Of a DNA stretch of 64,000 bases, positions 23,954 to 35,535 are shown in pieces; the first letter of the stretch is position 1, and each line of letters begins with the position of its first letter. Location: NCBI RefSeq assembly GCF_036971445.1, contig NC_091482.1:60388001-60452000 (forward strand). The letters run 5' to 3'. The stretch is from Narcine bancroftii. Taxonomy: Eukaryota. Made by a program: the position numbers and the translations under genes. The notes beneath the pieces are model-generated. The model made no database searches and had not been told where the DNA came from. It was given only the letters and a program-made list of their open reading frames with translations.

Positions 23954-25444
23954 ATGGGAGGATCAAAATCTAAGGGCTCGTCTGAAAATTTAGGACAATT
24001 CCTGGGAGTATCCCTTGACAGCCCTTTGGGGAGAATGTTTGAAAATTGGGATAGTAAAAGATATCGGGACAAAAACAAGAAAAAGATGGTCCAATATTGT
24101 CTCCTTTGGTCAAAACAACCTATTAAAGGTTCCTCGGTCTGGTGGCCGAAATTTGGATCTGATGAGGATTGGGTTAGACAAGCATTAAACATATATGTAA
24201 ATTCGAGACCAAAGGTGAATCAAGAAGAGTCAGCATATGCATTTTGTTGGGTTCCCTGGCCAGGATCCTTAACAGAATGTTTTAAATTGAGAGTGGCAGG
24301 AGAAAAGAAATGGGAACCTCTGGACAACCTTCCCCCTCCTTATATTCCCCCGGTGCCTACTGCGCCCGAGGAAAGCTTATTACCGGAGGGGAAAGGTGAT
24401 GAATCTGATTGCCCCGAAGGGGGCCGGGATAAAAAGGATGAATTAAGGGAGTCGGACCCTAAACTTCCACCGGTAAACCGACCCTGGACAAGATCCCAGA
24501 CTGGTCCAGGACCATCAAAGTTTTCAATAAACCTAAATCCCCTGAGAGAAGTTCCTATGGGAGGACCGGGAGGGGGAACGGGATATGTGAATGTTCCCCT
24601 AACTAGTACAGAGGTGCGGGGATTTAAGAAAGAAATGAAAAAGTTATTGGAAGATCCTATAGGACTGGCTGAACAGCTTGACCAATTCTTGGGACCAAAC
24701 ACATATACGTGGGAAGAGATGCAGGCAATAATGGGAACATTATTTTCACCCCAGGAGAGGCAGATGATTCGACGGGCTGCCCTCCTCATGTGGGAATATG
24801 AACAACCTGGGGACCCTAGACCCCATGAACAAAAATATCCCTTAAATGAACCCAGGTGGGACAAACGAACACCCGAGGGATTGGCAAGTATGAGACAATA
24901 TAGAGAGTGGACAATTAAAGGGATACGGGAGGCTGTGCCAAAGGGTCACAATTTTACCAAGGCATTTGGGAACCACCAGGGGAAAGACGAGTCCCCTACT
25001 TATTTTTTGGAGAGGGTGAGAAAGAATGTCCAACAGTATGCTGGTGTGGACCCTAGTACACCAATGGGTGAACAGCTTATTCGAATTGAATTTGTTTCCA
25101 AATCATGGCAAGACATTAGAAAGAAACTAGAAAAGGAGGAGGACTGGAGTGAAAAACCCCTAAGTGAACTGTTAAAAAAGGCACAAAAAGTATATGTGCA
25201 GAGAGAAGAAGAAGATCAAAAGAGGGCGACAAAGGTTATGGTACAGACTATCCGACAGATGAATGCTGAATCCAGAGGGGAAAGAAAACAAAACCTTCCT
25301 CTAAACAATCCAAGATATCCAAGAGAGGGAAGACCCCGGAGGTTCGTTAAGTGCTATTACTGCAATGAGGAAGGACACTTTAAGAGGGAATGCCCCCGAT
25401 ACAAGAGGGAATTGCGTGCCCTCGAACTTATGGAAGAAGATTAG
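23954..25444 (+). CDS. gag: Retroviral Gag (496 aa, intact)
   Basis: MGGSKS myristoylation signal; adjacent PPPY and PTAP late domains; MHR-like QGKDESPTYFLERV; single CCHC knuckle CYYCNEEGHFKREC; ends in TAG-G. Confidence 0.95.
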   Translation: MGGSKSKGSSENLGQFLGVSLDSPLGRMFENWDSKRYRDKNKKKMVQYCLLWSKQPIKGSSVWWPKFGSDEDWVRQALNIYVNSRPKVNQEESAYAFCWVPWPGSLTECFKLRVAGEKKWEPLDNLPPPYIPPVPTAPEESLLPEGKGDESDCPEGGRDKKDELRESDPKLPPVNRPWTRSQTGPGPSKFSINLNPLREVPMGGPGGGTGYVNVPLTSTEVRGFKKEMKKLLEDPIGLAEQLDQFLGPNTYTWEEMQAIMGTLFSPQERQMIRRAALLMWEYEQPGDPRPHEQKYPLNEPRWDKRTPEGLASMRQYREWTIKGIREAVPKGHNFTKAFGNHQGKDESPTYFLERVRKNVQQYAGVDPSTPMGEQLIRIEFVSKSWQDIRKKLEKEEDWSEKPLSELLKKAQKVYVQREEEDQKRATKVMVQTIRQMNAESRGERKQNLPLNNPRYPREGRPRRFVKCYYCNEEGHFKRECPRYKRELRALELMEED

Positions 25445-25516
25445 GGGTGTCAGGGGTTCCAAATGTTAGGGACCAAATATAAGAGGGAACCCCTGGTAAA
25501 ACTAAAAATTGGTCCC
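25442..25516 (+). promoter_or_regulatory. Gag stop-codon readthrough signal with H-type pseudoknot
   Basis: UAG, then stem 1 CAGGGGTTCC (25451-25460) / GGAACCCCTG (25486-25495) and stem 2 GGGACCAA (25469-25476) / TTGGTCCC (25509-25516). Confidence 0.8.
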
Positions 25517-27342
25517 AAGGGAGAAGAGGTGGTGTTGGTGCAACCAAGCTGAGCTGCAACCCAGCTCAGTTTTTATACGGCAGTGAAACAGAGACAGAGG
25601 TGGAGCATGACTGTGTCGAGTTGACAGATCTTCAGACCAAGACCCGAGAAGACCTTTGCGATACTCCGCTGGGAGAAGGATATGAATTCTACATTGACGG
25701 CTCCGCCAGATGTGTTGACGGAATGAGAAGAAATGGGTATGCTATAATAGGAGGAAATACTTGGAAAGTAGTAGAATCCACGAGACTACCCGGAAGCTGG
25801 TCAGCACAATCCTGTGACCTATATGCCTTGCAGAGAGCCCTCAGAATACTGGCAAATAAAATTGGAACGATTTACACAGATTCCAAATACGCATACGGGG
25901 TAGTGCATACCTTTGGTAAGATCTGGAAGGAGCGTGGTCTAATTACATCAAGAGGAAAGGAATTGGCACACGAACAGATGATTACTCTGACTTTAGAAGC
26001 CTTAACATTACCCCAAGAAATAGCAGTGGTCTACATACCAAGCCATCAAAGGGGAGATAACCCGACAGCAATTGGAAACAGACTGGCTGATGAAGAAGCC
26101 AAAAGAGCAGCCATGCAACAAGAAGTCCGTTTGCTGACTTTAATCCCAATAAGGCAAGGCATAAAGACAGCTCCCATTTTCACTGCTAAGGAAGAAAAGA
26201 ACATGGATCAGCTGGGCGCAAGCCAATTACCTGATGGAACATGGAAAACACCAGATGGAAGAACTGTTCTAAATAAAGAAATAACTCGCAACATTTTAAA
26301 ACACCTGCATCAACAGAGCCACTGGGGCACTCAAGCCTTATGTGACACAGTGCTTCGAGAATATGTGTGTAAGGGAATCTACACCTTGGCCCAACAAGAG
26401 GTGCAAAATTGTTACCTATGCACAAAAATTAATAAGAAGATAATGAGGACAGGGACCATGGGAGGTCAACCATTAGCCATACGCCCTTTTCAACGTATCC
26501 AGATCGACTTCACAGAGTTACCTCAAGTTCAAAGATGGAAATATCTGTTGGTGATAATAGATCACTTTACCCGATGGGTAGAAGCCTTCCCAACAATAAA
26601 TACTACAGCCTCTACAGTAGCTCGCCTCCTCCTAGAGCAGATAATCCCCAGATATGGTATAATGGATTCTATAGACTCAGACAGGGGTCCGCATTTTTCT
26701 TCAAAAATCCAGCAATTGATTTGTAATGCATTACAGGTCTCTTGGAAATTACATACCCCTTGGCATCCACAAAGCTCAGGGAAGGTCGAACGTATGAATG
26801 GAACACTAAAAATCCAATTGACAAAGTTAATGGTGGAAACTAAAATGCCTTGGATAAAGTGTCTGCCCCTAGCCTTATTGAGAATTCGTACTGCCCCACG
26901 AAAAGATGTAGGGCTGTCCCCTTATGAAATGATGTTTGGGCTTCCCTTCTGGAGTACAGTTGAGGGGTGTCCCACCTTGGGGGAAGGGGATATATTTGTT
27001 AGGAACTATTTACAGGCACTGTCACGCTCTCTTACAGATTTACGAAAGAGAGGACTATTGGCACAAACACCGCCTCTAGACTTTTCTTTACACAAAGTGG
27101 AACCAGGAGACTGGATTCTTATCAAGACCTGGAAGACTGAAAAACTCCAGCCCCAGTGGGAAGGTCCATACCAAGTTCTCTTAACTACAGAAGCTGCAGC
27201 ACGAACAAGAGAGAAGGGGTGGACACACGCATCCAGATTTAAGGGACCTGTAGAGGCGCCACAGGACCCTGATACAAACTCAGATTGGACTTGTATTCCT
27301 GGAGAAAAACCTCTTACCTTACGATTTCGCAAAAAGACTTAA
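25445..27342 (+). pseudogene. pol: pol with protease core and entire RT deleted; RNase H and integrase frame open
   Basis: Protease start EPLVKLKIGPKGEEVV without DTG; jumps out of frame to tether end (CNPAQFL..HDC); RNase H (IDGS, YTDSKY, GNRLAD); IN HHCC, DFT / DSDRG / VERMN catalytic triad and GPY motif; no YxDD present. Confidence 0.92.
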
Positions 27343-27348
27343 TTCACA

Positions 27349-29374
27349 ATGTTATTGTTATGTTCTTTGATTTTTCTTAGTTTGCCTATGTCTTTATCAG
27401 GTGTGAAATGTAAGAAATGCAGAGATACAGTGGTCCTGTTTCAGGACCACATTTGGGGAAGAGGGGAAGGTAATTTCATTTCCCATACCTCAGTTCCTGA
27501 GAAATGTTGGGCAGAAAATACCACCCAACATCCATATACCCCTTGTGTGGAAAAAGAAGGAAATAATATGGGTCATTATATACAGATTCCTAATACGCAT
27601 ACGGGGTAGTGCATACCTTTGGTAAGATCTGGAAGGAGCGTGGTCTAATTACATCAAGAGGAAAGGAATTGGCACACGAACAGATGATTACTCTGACTTT
27701 AGAAGCCTTAACATTACCCCAAGAAATAGCAGTGGTCTACATACCAAGCCATCAAAGGGGAGATAACCCGACAGCAATTGGAAACAGACTGGCTGATGAA
27801 GAAGCCAAAAGAGCAGCCATGCAACAAGAAGTCCGTTTGCTGACTTTAATCCCAATAAGGCAAGGCATAAAGACAGCTCCCATTTTCACTGCTAAGGAAG
27901 AAAAGAACATGGATCAGCAATTGGATTTCCCTCTTAACAGTTGGAAAGGTGACTCAAGCCCACCATGCCCTGATGGACTCTGGTTTTGCATACACCAACG
28001 TACTGTTCCAATGAAAAGTTACACTCCACACTTGAAATTGCCTGTCCCTTTAAGACAGCCGGACTTAGTTCGAGTCCATCCAAATAACCATGTAAGTTTC
28101 GGTAATGCAATTGGGGAGATAACCTTTTTGTAGATCTGGCAACTAAAATTGCAGGAACTTTTAATGTAACCAATTGTTGGGTCTGCGGGGGTCCACGGAT
28201 GTCAGAACAATGGCCTTGGTGGGGGGAGCCCCTCAATTCATTGACCATGATTTCCCGGATTTAGACAACTAACCGAACGAGATCAAGAGAAACCTCGTCT
28301 CTCTCTAACTTCCCCTCTGGTTTTTATTGTCTCTCACGAGCCGGCAAATACCCAGTAGGAGAAAGTCCCTGCAAGGCTGTATGGATTCGCATTTCACCTG
28401 GTGTTTTCACTTGGTTTCCTAAACCTCAGACTTGGTTCTTATCCACTGTTTTTAAAACTAATTGCCTACCCCTGTCTAATAGCAGTATTCAGTTTTGGAA
28501 TTGTACCACTTCCACCATCACAGGACCATACCAATCAAATCCTGTTCTTAAAAGAGTTTGGGAAAGGGGGTATAGAGTATCCCCAAATGGATTATTCTGG
28601 GTATGTGGTAATAAAGCTTATACTCGTCTTCCCTCACAGTGGAGTGGAACTTGTTTCCTAGGAATAATCCGCCCAGAATTTTTCCTTCTACCCCACGATC
28701 ACGGTCATAAATTAGGCGTGAAGGTCTTTGATACATTACATCGTGAACCCCGCTCTACCACGGTACATTCGGGAGAATGGAGAGATGATTGGCCTCCAGA
28801 GCGCATAATTCAATATTATGGTCCCGCTACATGGGCTCAAGATGGATCTTGGGGTTATCGTACTCCTATATATATGTTAAATCGCATAATTCGCTTACAA
28901 GCAGTGCTTGAAATTGTTACAAATCAAACAGCTATAGCCCTGCAATTACTTGCATCCCAGCAAGGTCAAATGCGCTCTGCTATATATCAGAACCGTCTAG
29001 CCCTAGACTATCTCCTAGCCACGGAAGGAGGTGTATGTGGCAAACTTAATTTGACTAACTGCTGCTTACAGATTGATGATAATGGAAAAGCCATTCGTAA
29101 AATCGCTGATAATATTCGTACATTGTCCCATGTACCGGTTCAAACCTGGCATCCTTTCCCACAATTTAATTGGATGGACAAATGGTTTGGAGGAACCTGG
29201 TGGCGTACCTTCTTGTGGGTCATCGGAGGTATTTTATTCCTCCTACTTATTTTGCCCTGTATTATTCCCTGTCTACGCAGCCTGGTGATTTCCATGGTCG
29301 AACAAGCTATGCAACCAGGGGGGATGGGAGACCCTGTAAGACTTTTATTTCAGCGTGAGATTAATGTATCATAA
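27349..29374 (+). pseudogene. env: env, HERV-I/ERV3-type, disrupted; TM frame open
   Basis: Signal peptide; NLFVDLATKIAGTFNVTNCWVCGG; REPR cleavage-like site; WPPERIIQYYGPATWAQDGSWGYRTPIYMLNRIIRLQA; ISD YQNRLALDYLLA; CX7CC; TM helix. Lesions: 327-bp pol insert, frameshift near 28113-28116, TAG at 28262-28264. Confidence 0.92.
27592..27918 (+). repeat. 327-bp direct copy of pol 25886-26212 inserted in env
   Basis: Identical sequence at constant offset 1706; same HTFGKIWKERGL...EKNMDQ peptide appears in both ORF translations. Confidence 0.97.
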
Positions 29375-29436
29375 AACATTTCTCTTCCCTAGCTTAGAAT
29401 CCCCATTCATATCTATACATATATTCAACACATTTT

Positions 29437-29455
29437 AAAGAGAGAAAGGGGTGGA
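29437..29455 (+). promoter_or_regulatory. Polypurine tract
   Basis: AAAGAGAGAAAGGGGTGGA preceded by a T-run, immediately upstream of the 3' LTR. Confidence 0.88.
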
Positions 29456-29456
29456 T

Positions 29457-29935
29457 TGTGATATAGAGAATTTAGGTTAAAAAGACTTAAGTTAAAATGT
29501 GATGATTAATCATAAACAGGGAAGCCAGAATGGACAGAGAGTTTACTAGCAGTCAAGGACAGAAGGAGCTGCTGAATATGTTTTTTTTAAAAACCTATCT
29601 TTTCATGGTCATAGTGAGAGACATGCAGGAGACAAAGGATTGATAAGAAGTGTGAGAAACAGAATTCAGTGAATGTAGAGTTCACAGCGTACGTAACGAA
29701 CGTGATAATTAATAATGCAGTTATACTTAGAATGTTTTTGTAATACTAACCAATTAAAACAGTATTAATAAGAAGGGGAAGGGCAAATAATAAAGGTATA
29801 AAAATCAATGCACTGTATGTATTGGGGCTTAACTGGTGAGAAACCAGTTGAGTCCAACTCTGCAGACTTGTAAATAAAGCTTGTCGTGTCATCAGTTTTA
29901 AAGAGACTCATGTGTGAGAAGTTTTATTTCTGACA
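29457..29935 (+). repeat. 3' LTR
   Basis: 479 bp, matches 22930-23408. Confidence 0.97.
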
Positions 29936-32828
29936 ATCAACAAATTGGAGGAACAACGCCTCACATTCTGTCTGGGCACACTCCAACCAGATGGTATTAA
30001 CACCAGATGGTTAGCCCCCATCTCTCCCTTTCCCCATATCTCTTTTCCTCTAGCTCATTTTCTCTCTTCTATCTCTTTTTCTCAAGCTCTGCATTATTCA
30101 GTCACCCCCCCTCCCTTGATCAATTCTCACCTTTCCTCTCCTGTCCTCCCATTCATGTCCAATTATGGCTTTTTGACTGTTAGCCTTTGCCCTTTCTCAT
30201 CTTCTCCCCAAGCCTTTTTATTCAGATGGCTGCCAGTTTCCCACTCCTCCCCCACCCCCCCCCACCCCCCCCAAACCTAGGCAGGGAAAAAATGCAATTT
30301 CATTTAATATTACATCTGTTCTATTGCAGGACAATAAAATAATCTGGAATCTTAAAAGACTTTTTCGTATGACATTTCTGATTTATTACATGATAATAAA
30401 TAGTATCTGAAATGGGAGGGAACGAGAGAGCGGTCCCTGCAAAAAGTGGAGAGAATGAGGTGTATCTAGTGGTAGTATCACGTAGATAGCAGAAATTGCA
30501 GATGTTGGCTGTGGAGCCAAGAACAGGATTCCCCTTGTCCTCACCTCCACCTACCCTCCAGGATTCCTCATCCACTCATCCCTTCCCATTAATTGCCACC
30601 TACCCCTGTGACTGCAAGATATGTTACACTTGCATTCACTCCTCCTCCCTCACCACCATTCGGGGCCTCAAACAGTCCTCTCAAATGAAGCAACACTTGT
30701 GGATATTCAAAGGTCTACTGCATCCAGTCCTCCCATTGTGACCTTCTCTACATTGTCTGTCTGCTGGAGTAACAGGGCCCTCAGAGACCAACTATTTTAA
30801 TTCCATACCATTCCCACACTGACATGTCTATCCAAAGCCTCATACAATGCCAAACTGAGACTACTGGCAAATTGGGGCAACACCACCTAATATTCCATGT
30901 GGGTCTCTCTATCTGGATGGCATTAACGAACTTCTCCAGCTTGTTTATCTTTATCTTTGTTACATAAAGAACACTGACCTGATGATTTTCTCCAGTGTTG
31001 TGTCTTTACTGAAGACTCAGTGGGAAGCTTCAAACCGCTACAGAAAATGGGTTGCTTCTGCTTGGGAAAGTTCTACCCAGAGGGGCACTGTGTCCATGAC
31101 AAGATCAAAGGTTCACAGTTCATTACCCTGAAATATCTTGGGCTATCTCCAACCTGAGCAGTAATTACACTCTTGCCTGAGATCCAATACCTTGTGACAA
31201 GGCTTCAGCAGAACCCTAGCACACAAGCAGCACTGCAAACAGGCATCTGGTGAGTAAACCATTTCCATCAAAACAACACCAATTGAAACATCAGGCAGTT
31301 CTGTTTTCTCAGTCATGCAGCCCAACTCATCTATGCTGCCCAAGTTAACATTTGCCTGCATTTGGTCTATATCCTTCCAAGCCCTTCCTTTCAATAAATC
31401 TGTCCAAATGTTGTTGGCTATCAAAAATATGCCCTCTTAGTTTCCTCTGGCAGCTTGTTCCAGTTACACCACCATCTGAGAAAAATGATTCCTCCTCTAA
31501 CATTTCTCACTGTGAGAAAGAGATCAGCATTCACTTTATTCATACCCATCATGATTTTATATACCTCAGCCTCCTAAACTCAAAGGAATAAAGCCCTAAC
31601 CTATTCACCTTCAGCAGTCCCAGTAAAATCCTGCCAAAGAGCCTGTTCAGTAGTGTATAAATCCTTATATCCAAGAGGCAGGGAGGAGCAGGGGTTTAAT
31701 TTCACCATATCGATCATCACTAACCTGCACTGGCCCCCAACGACCCAAAACTTGATTAAATTCCTCACACCACAGTCACCGTCCAAAACCTTGGCTCAGA
31801 TGGCGATATCTGAGTTACATGTACTGATGATACAATAACATTAAACCCAGACTGTACTTTTACCTTGGTTGCAAGCAATTTTCCCAGTGTCACTACTCCA
31901 AAAGCAGGACCTCCCTGGGGCCACTGGCATGAACACACCGCTGTCTGCAGAACCTCGTACCAACTTGGCAACTATGTTTTCCACATCTCAACCAGAAGCA
32001 CTTATTTTTATGCATTATCTCAGGCTTCAAGGTGTAAAATCCGTCTTTGTTCTGTCCTCTTCCTGCATCTCCAGCTTGAAATTCATTCATTCTCCAATGT
32101 TTCAGAAATGTCATGGAACCTTAAAATGAGGGGGCATCCTGGTCACCAGGAGATCCCCCTGAACCCCATCCCACATCACCAGGAAACCCCTGGACCCCAT
32201 CTCAAAGTGAAAAGATTTTTGAATAGGGTTTATGGGGAAACGGCAGGTATCCATCACCAGATCAGCCATGAACATATCAAATTGGGGAAGTAGACTTGAC
32301 AGGCCAGATGGGCTATCCTACTATTTCTTTCGTTCTTCTGAACTATAAATATGAAAACTTGGCACAGTGATCAAATCGCAGGTGTCTTTTAAAATAGCAT
32401 TTTTCTTGAGTGCACCGGAGATCATCAGGCTTCAAATCAAAGCCCCCAGAATAAAACCAAGGCAGCTGAAAATAGGCAGGGACCAAATGAAACAGAGTAC
32501 AGGCTATTTGAGGGATGGTGGGGAGGGCAAACTGCACAAAAGATTCAGTTTGAAGAGGTTAGGCTGACTGAGATTTTGCACTGCATGCACATTGGGACTG
32601 ACATTCCAAAACTATGAAGTCAATTCCTTCATTGGACACCACAAGTGGAGTGAGATTCTGAGATGGAGCTCACTGACTTGATCCTTCAACACAAAAAAAC
32701 TGGAGGACATAATCTGCTAAACCTCCATTCTATTTTGCTACTACAACTGCATTATGCAGTTGGCTGATTCAGATGGCGTGGAACCCAAATTACAGATAGG
32801 GTTATTTCAAGCTTTGGGAAGTGGATGA

Positions 32829-33127
32829 TCAGCTGTCCCAGTCTCCAGACTGCAGGTCTTCACCTTCATCGTCAGATTCAGAAGACACTTTCTTCATCCG
32901 TTCCATGGCTGCTTTGATGCTTCGCTCCAACTCCGTGGCTGGGTCATTGTCCAAATGTGGGTCGACCCCAACTCTGACCTTTCTCAGTGGGATACCTCGT
33001 CGGATTTCGGCTAACAGGCTTTCTTGCAGACCCTTTGGCTTCTCTGCAGACTGTACCTTCGTTTGATCAACCTTCTTTAGCAACACTTCACCACGCTTCA
33101 AAGAAGCCAGCACGTCGTCCATTGTTC
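32829..33127 (-). CDS. WHAMM: WHAMM exon 10 (WH2-WH2-C-A, stop)
   Basis: cccag|GA ACA ATG; TMDDVLASLKRGEVLLKKV, SLLAEIRRGIPLRKV, ELERSIKAAMERMKKVS, acidic tail ending GDWDS*. Confidence 0.94.
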
Positions 33128-33274
33128 CTGGGTTTGGGTCGGGGGTGGGGGGGGGGGGGGTGCGGGAGGTAAGGTGATAAAGGAGGTCAGTCATAATCTT
33201 ACACCAGTAAACTGTTCAAAAGTTATAGGAATATGGAAGCTAAAGGATAGACTTTAAACACATCTGTTATAAAT

Positions 33275-33510
33275 TTAAATTTAGATATGCAGCTCAGCAG
33301 CAGGCCCTTTTGGCCTACGAGCCCACGCTGCTCAATTACACCCAATTAACCTACAACCTCGGTACACTTTGAATGGTGGAGGAAACCAGAGCCCTTGGAG
33401 AAAACCCATGGAGACACGGGGTGAATGAACAAACATCTTACAGGTCCCCACGGTCCCAATCGCTGGCTCTAACAGCACTGTGCTCACCATTATGCTAACT
33501 GTGCCGCCCT
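33275..33510 (-). mobile_element. V-type SINE
   Basis: Same family as 37825-38080, in reverse orientation. Confidence 0.7.
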
Positions 33511-33576
33511 CATCAAGGACTTTATTAGATGCCATCATATCTGGGATGAAGGAGGATCAAGAGTTGTCAGATTTAC

Positions 33577-33970
33577 CTATATGTTCCTTTAGGGATTTCT
33601 TTGCAGAATTCTCAGCAGTGAAGACAAGTGGCTGTTCCTTTGCTCCTGATGTACACTTGCTGCTTAGAACTGCTGGTGGAAGGGGAGGTGGAGGAAGGGG
33701 AGGGGGTGGGGGTGGGGATGGGGGAACAGGAGTGAAAGGTGTTGCTGAAGAGATATCTCTGGTTTCCACCTGCCCTGCAGATAGTGGAGCATCAGTCAGG
33801 AAGATTTGTACTGGTACATTGCTGGATTCCTTAGAGATTCTGGATTGCTTTTTGCTGGTTGGGCACTTTGGAATGGAGGTTGGCTGCTGAGAGGAAGGAG
33901 ATGCTGTTTCCTGACTCTGTGCACTGAGAGTCTGACCACGAGGTTTAAATACAATCTGCCCCGATGATTT
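33577..33970 (-). CDS. WHAMM: WHAMM exon 9 (394 nt, polyproline region)
   Basis: ttctag|AAA TCA TCG...ATA G|gtaaat; open frame containing VPVQIFL and PPSPPPPPPLPPPPLPP; phase consistent. Confidence 0.88.
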
Positions 33971-35013
33971 CTAGAATGGAAGAAATTCTTGTTAATATAT
34001 ATATAAATATACTGTATAAACTCTGCCACTAAATATTTAAACGAAATATGCTCATGAACTCTCTGGAAAGTTGCATTGGCACAGTCAGAATCAGAATTTA
34101 TTGTTATGAACATATCACCAAAATCATTTTGGTGTTTAGTGCACATAGGGTAAGAAGTTGGGCTTTCACCCAAAGTGGGCTATGCCAGAGATGGACAGAT
34201 GGACCTCCAGCAGATAGGCAATCTTGTTCTCCCAGCACAAAGTGAACAACTAGATTATAAATGACCCATATAAAACTAATTTGACTCACACAAGTAGGAC
34301 TTGGCCATTCAATAAGATCACAGCTGATCTAGCAATGAATTCAGATCCACTTACCCACCGTTTTTTCCAAAATCCTTAATTTTCTACTGTTATAAATCTG
34401 CAATTTAATTAGATTCAACAAGGCAGCCAATATTTCCTCGTGCAACAAATTCCACAGGTTCACTATTCTATGGGAGAAGCAATTCTGCCTCATCTCCTCC
34501 CAAATTTACTCCTCCAAATCTTTAGGATACGTCCCTTAGTTCTAGTCTCACCTCTCTTCGTCCGCGAAGCCAAGCCAAAGAGATATGAAAAATACAATGA
34601 TCTGCCAGAATAAGTGGTACAGACATTTGGCCAGAATCAGAAATAGGTTTAGAGGGATTCAGGCCAAACCCAAGCAAAGTGATAAGTTCAGGAAGGCATG
34701 TTGGTTGGCATGGACGTGTTGGCAAGGGTCTACTGAACTAATAAAGAGATCAAAGGATATGGAATGTGGGGAGACAGCAGGACTGACGAGGGAAGAGTTT
34801 TGCCTAAGGGAGATCACATCTTAAATCTGAGATTTTTGCAGAGACAAGAATATTGCTGAACGCAGAGCAGTATAAATGGCTTATATGCACTTCAGTAAGG
34901 CTTTAGACTCAGTCCCAGATGATAGGCCGGCCTGGGCGATTACAGTTGAAGGCATGGCAACAGGAGGCAGAGGACAGTGGTAGAAGGGTGTTTTTTTTTG
35001 GGCTTGAGTACTT

Positions 35014-35535
35014 TTTTTTTATTAATTTTTTTATTTTTCACACCATAAATCACATTAGCCATGATATACACTATTTCTTTTTCACACATATACAGTGACT
35101 TTTTCTCCCCCCCCCCCTTTCCTCCCAAGCCACCCCCCCACCCCCCCCCCTCATCCATTTTAGGTATACAATCTAGGTTGCATTAAACCAGTCAGACAAT
35201 GTTGTCATTCAACAAAATTACACCAGAAATTCTACTGAGTCCATTCTTTTCTTTCCTTCTCCTTCCATCAACTTAGGTAATGTTTGTCCCCGGTAGGTTT
35301 TCGCTATTGTATTTAATGTAAGGCTCCTATACTTGTTCGAATATTTCAATATTATTTCTTAACCAATATGTTATTTTTTCTAATGGAATACATTTATTCA
35401 TTTAAATTTGGTAGTTTCTTCCTTTTAATTTGGTTATGTATTCCATTAATATTTAAAGACATATAGTTCAGCGTAGCCCTTTTATATTTTGTTTATCTTC
35501 TCTTTCCGTTTTTCCATTATTACCTTTCCTCCTTT
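35014..35535 (-). mobile_element. 5'-truncated L1-like insertion with poly(A) tail
   Basis: 13-bp TSD GGCTTGAGTACTT (35001-35013, 35536-35548); AATAAA plus A-tail on minus strand; CIPLEKITY-like ORF2 end; interrupts a CR1 fragment. Confidence 0.8.

Larger units (their letters stand above)
22930..29935 (+). mobile_element. Endogenous retrovirus, class I (gamma-like, HERV-I/ERV3-related), 7,006 bp, defective
   Basis: Two 479-bp TG...CA LTRs, TSD ATCAA (22925-22929, 29936-29940), PBS, gag, partial pol, env, PPT. Confidence 0.97.

Noticed and set aside
24340-24864. 174-aa antisense ORF in gag as a possible accessory gene
   Set aside because: No recognisable motif; expected shadow of a long sense ORF.
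27609-28133. 174-aa RNaseH-env chimeric ORF as a novel gene
   Set aside because: By-product of the pol duplication; GTG start, partial domain, ends at the env frameshift.
31000-32600. Possible HOMER2 remnant or extra exons downstream of WHAMM
   Set aside because: Donor-like sites exist but no Homer-like peptide was recognised in any listed frame.
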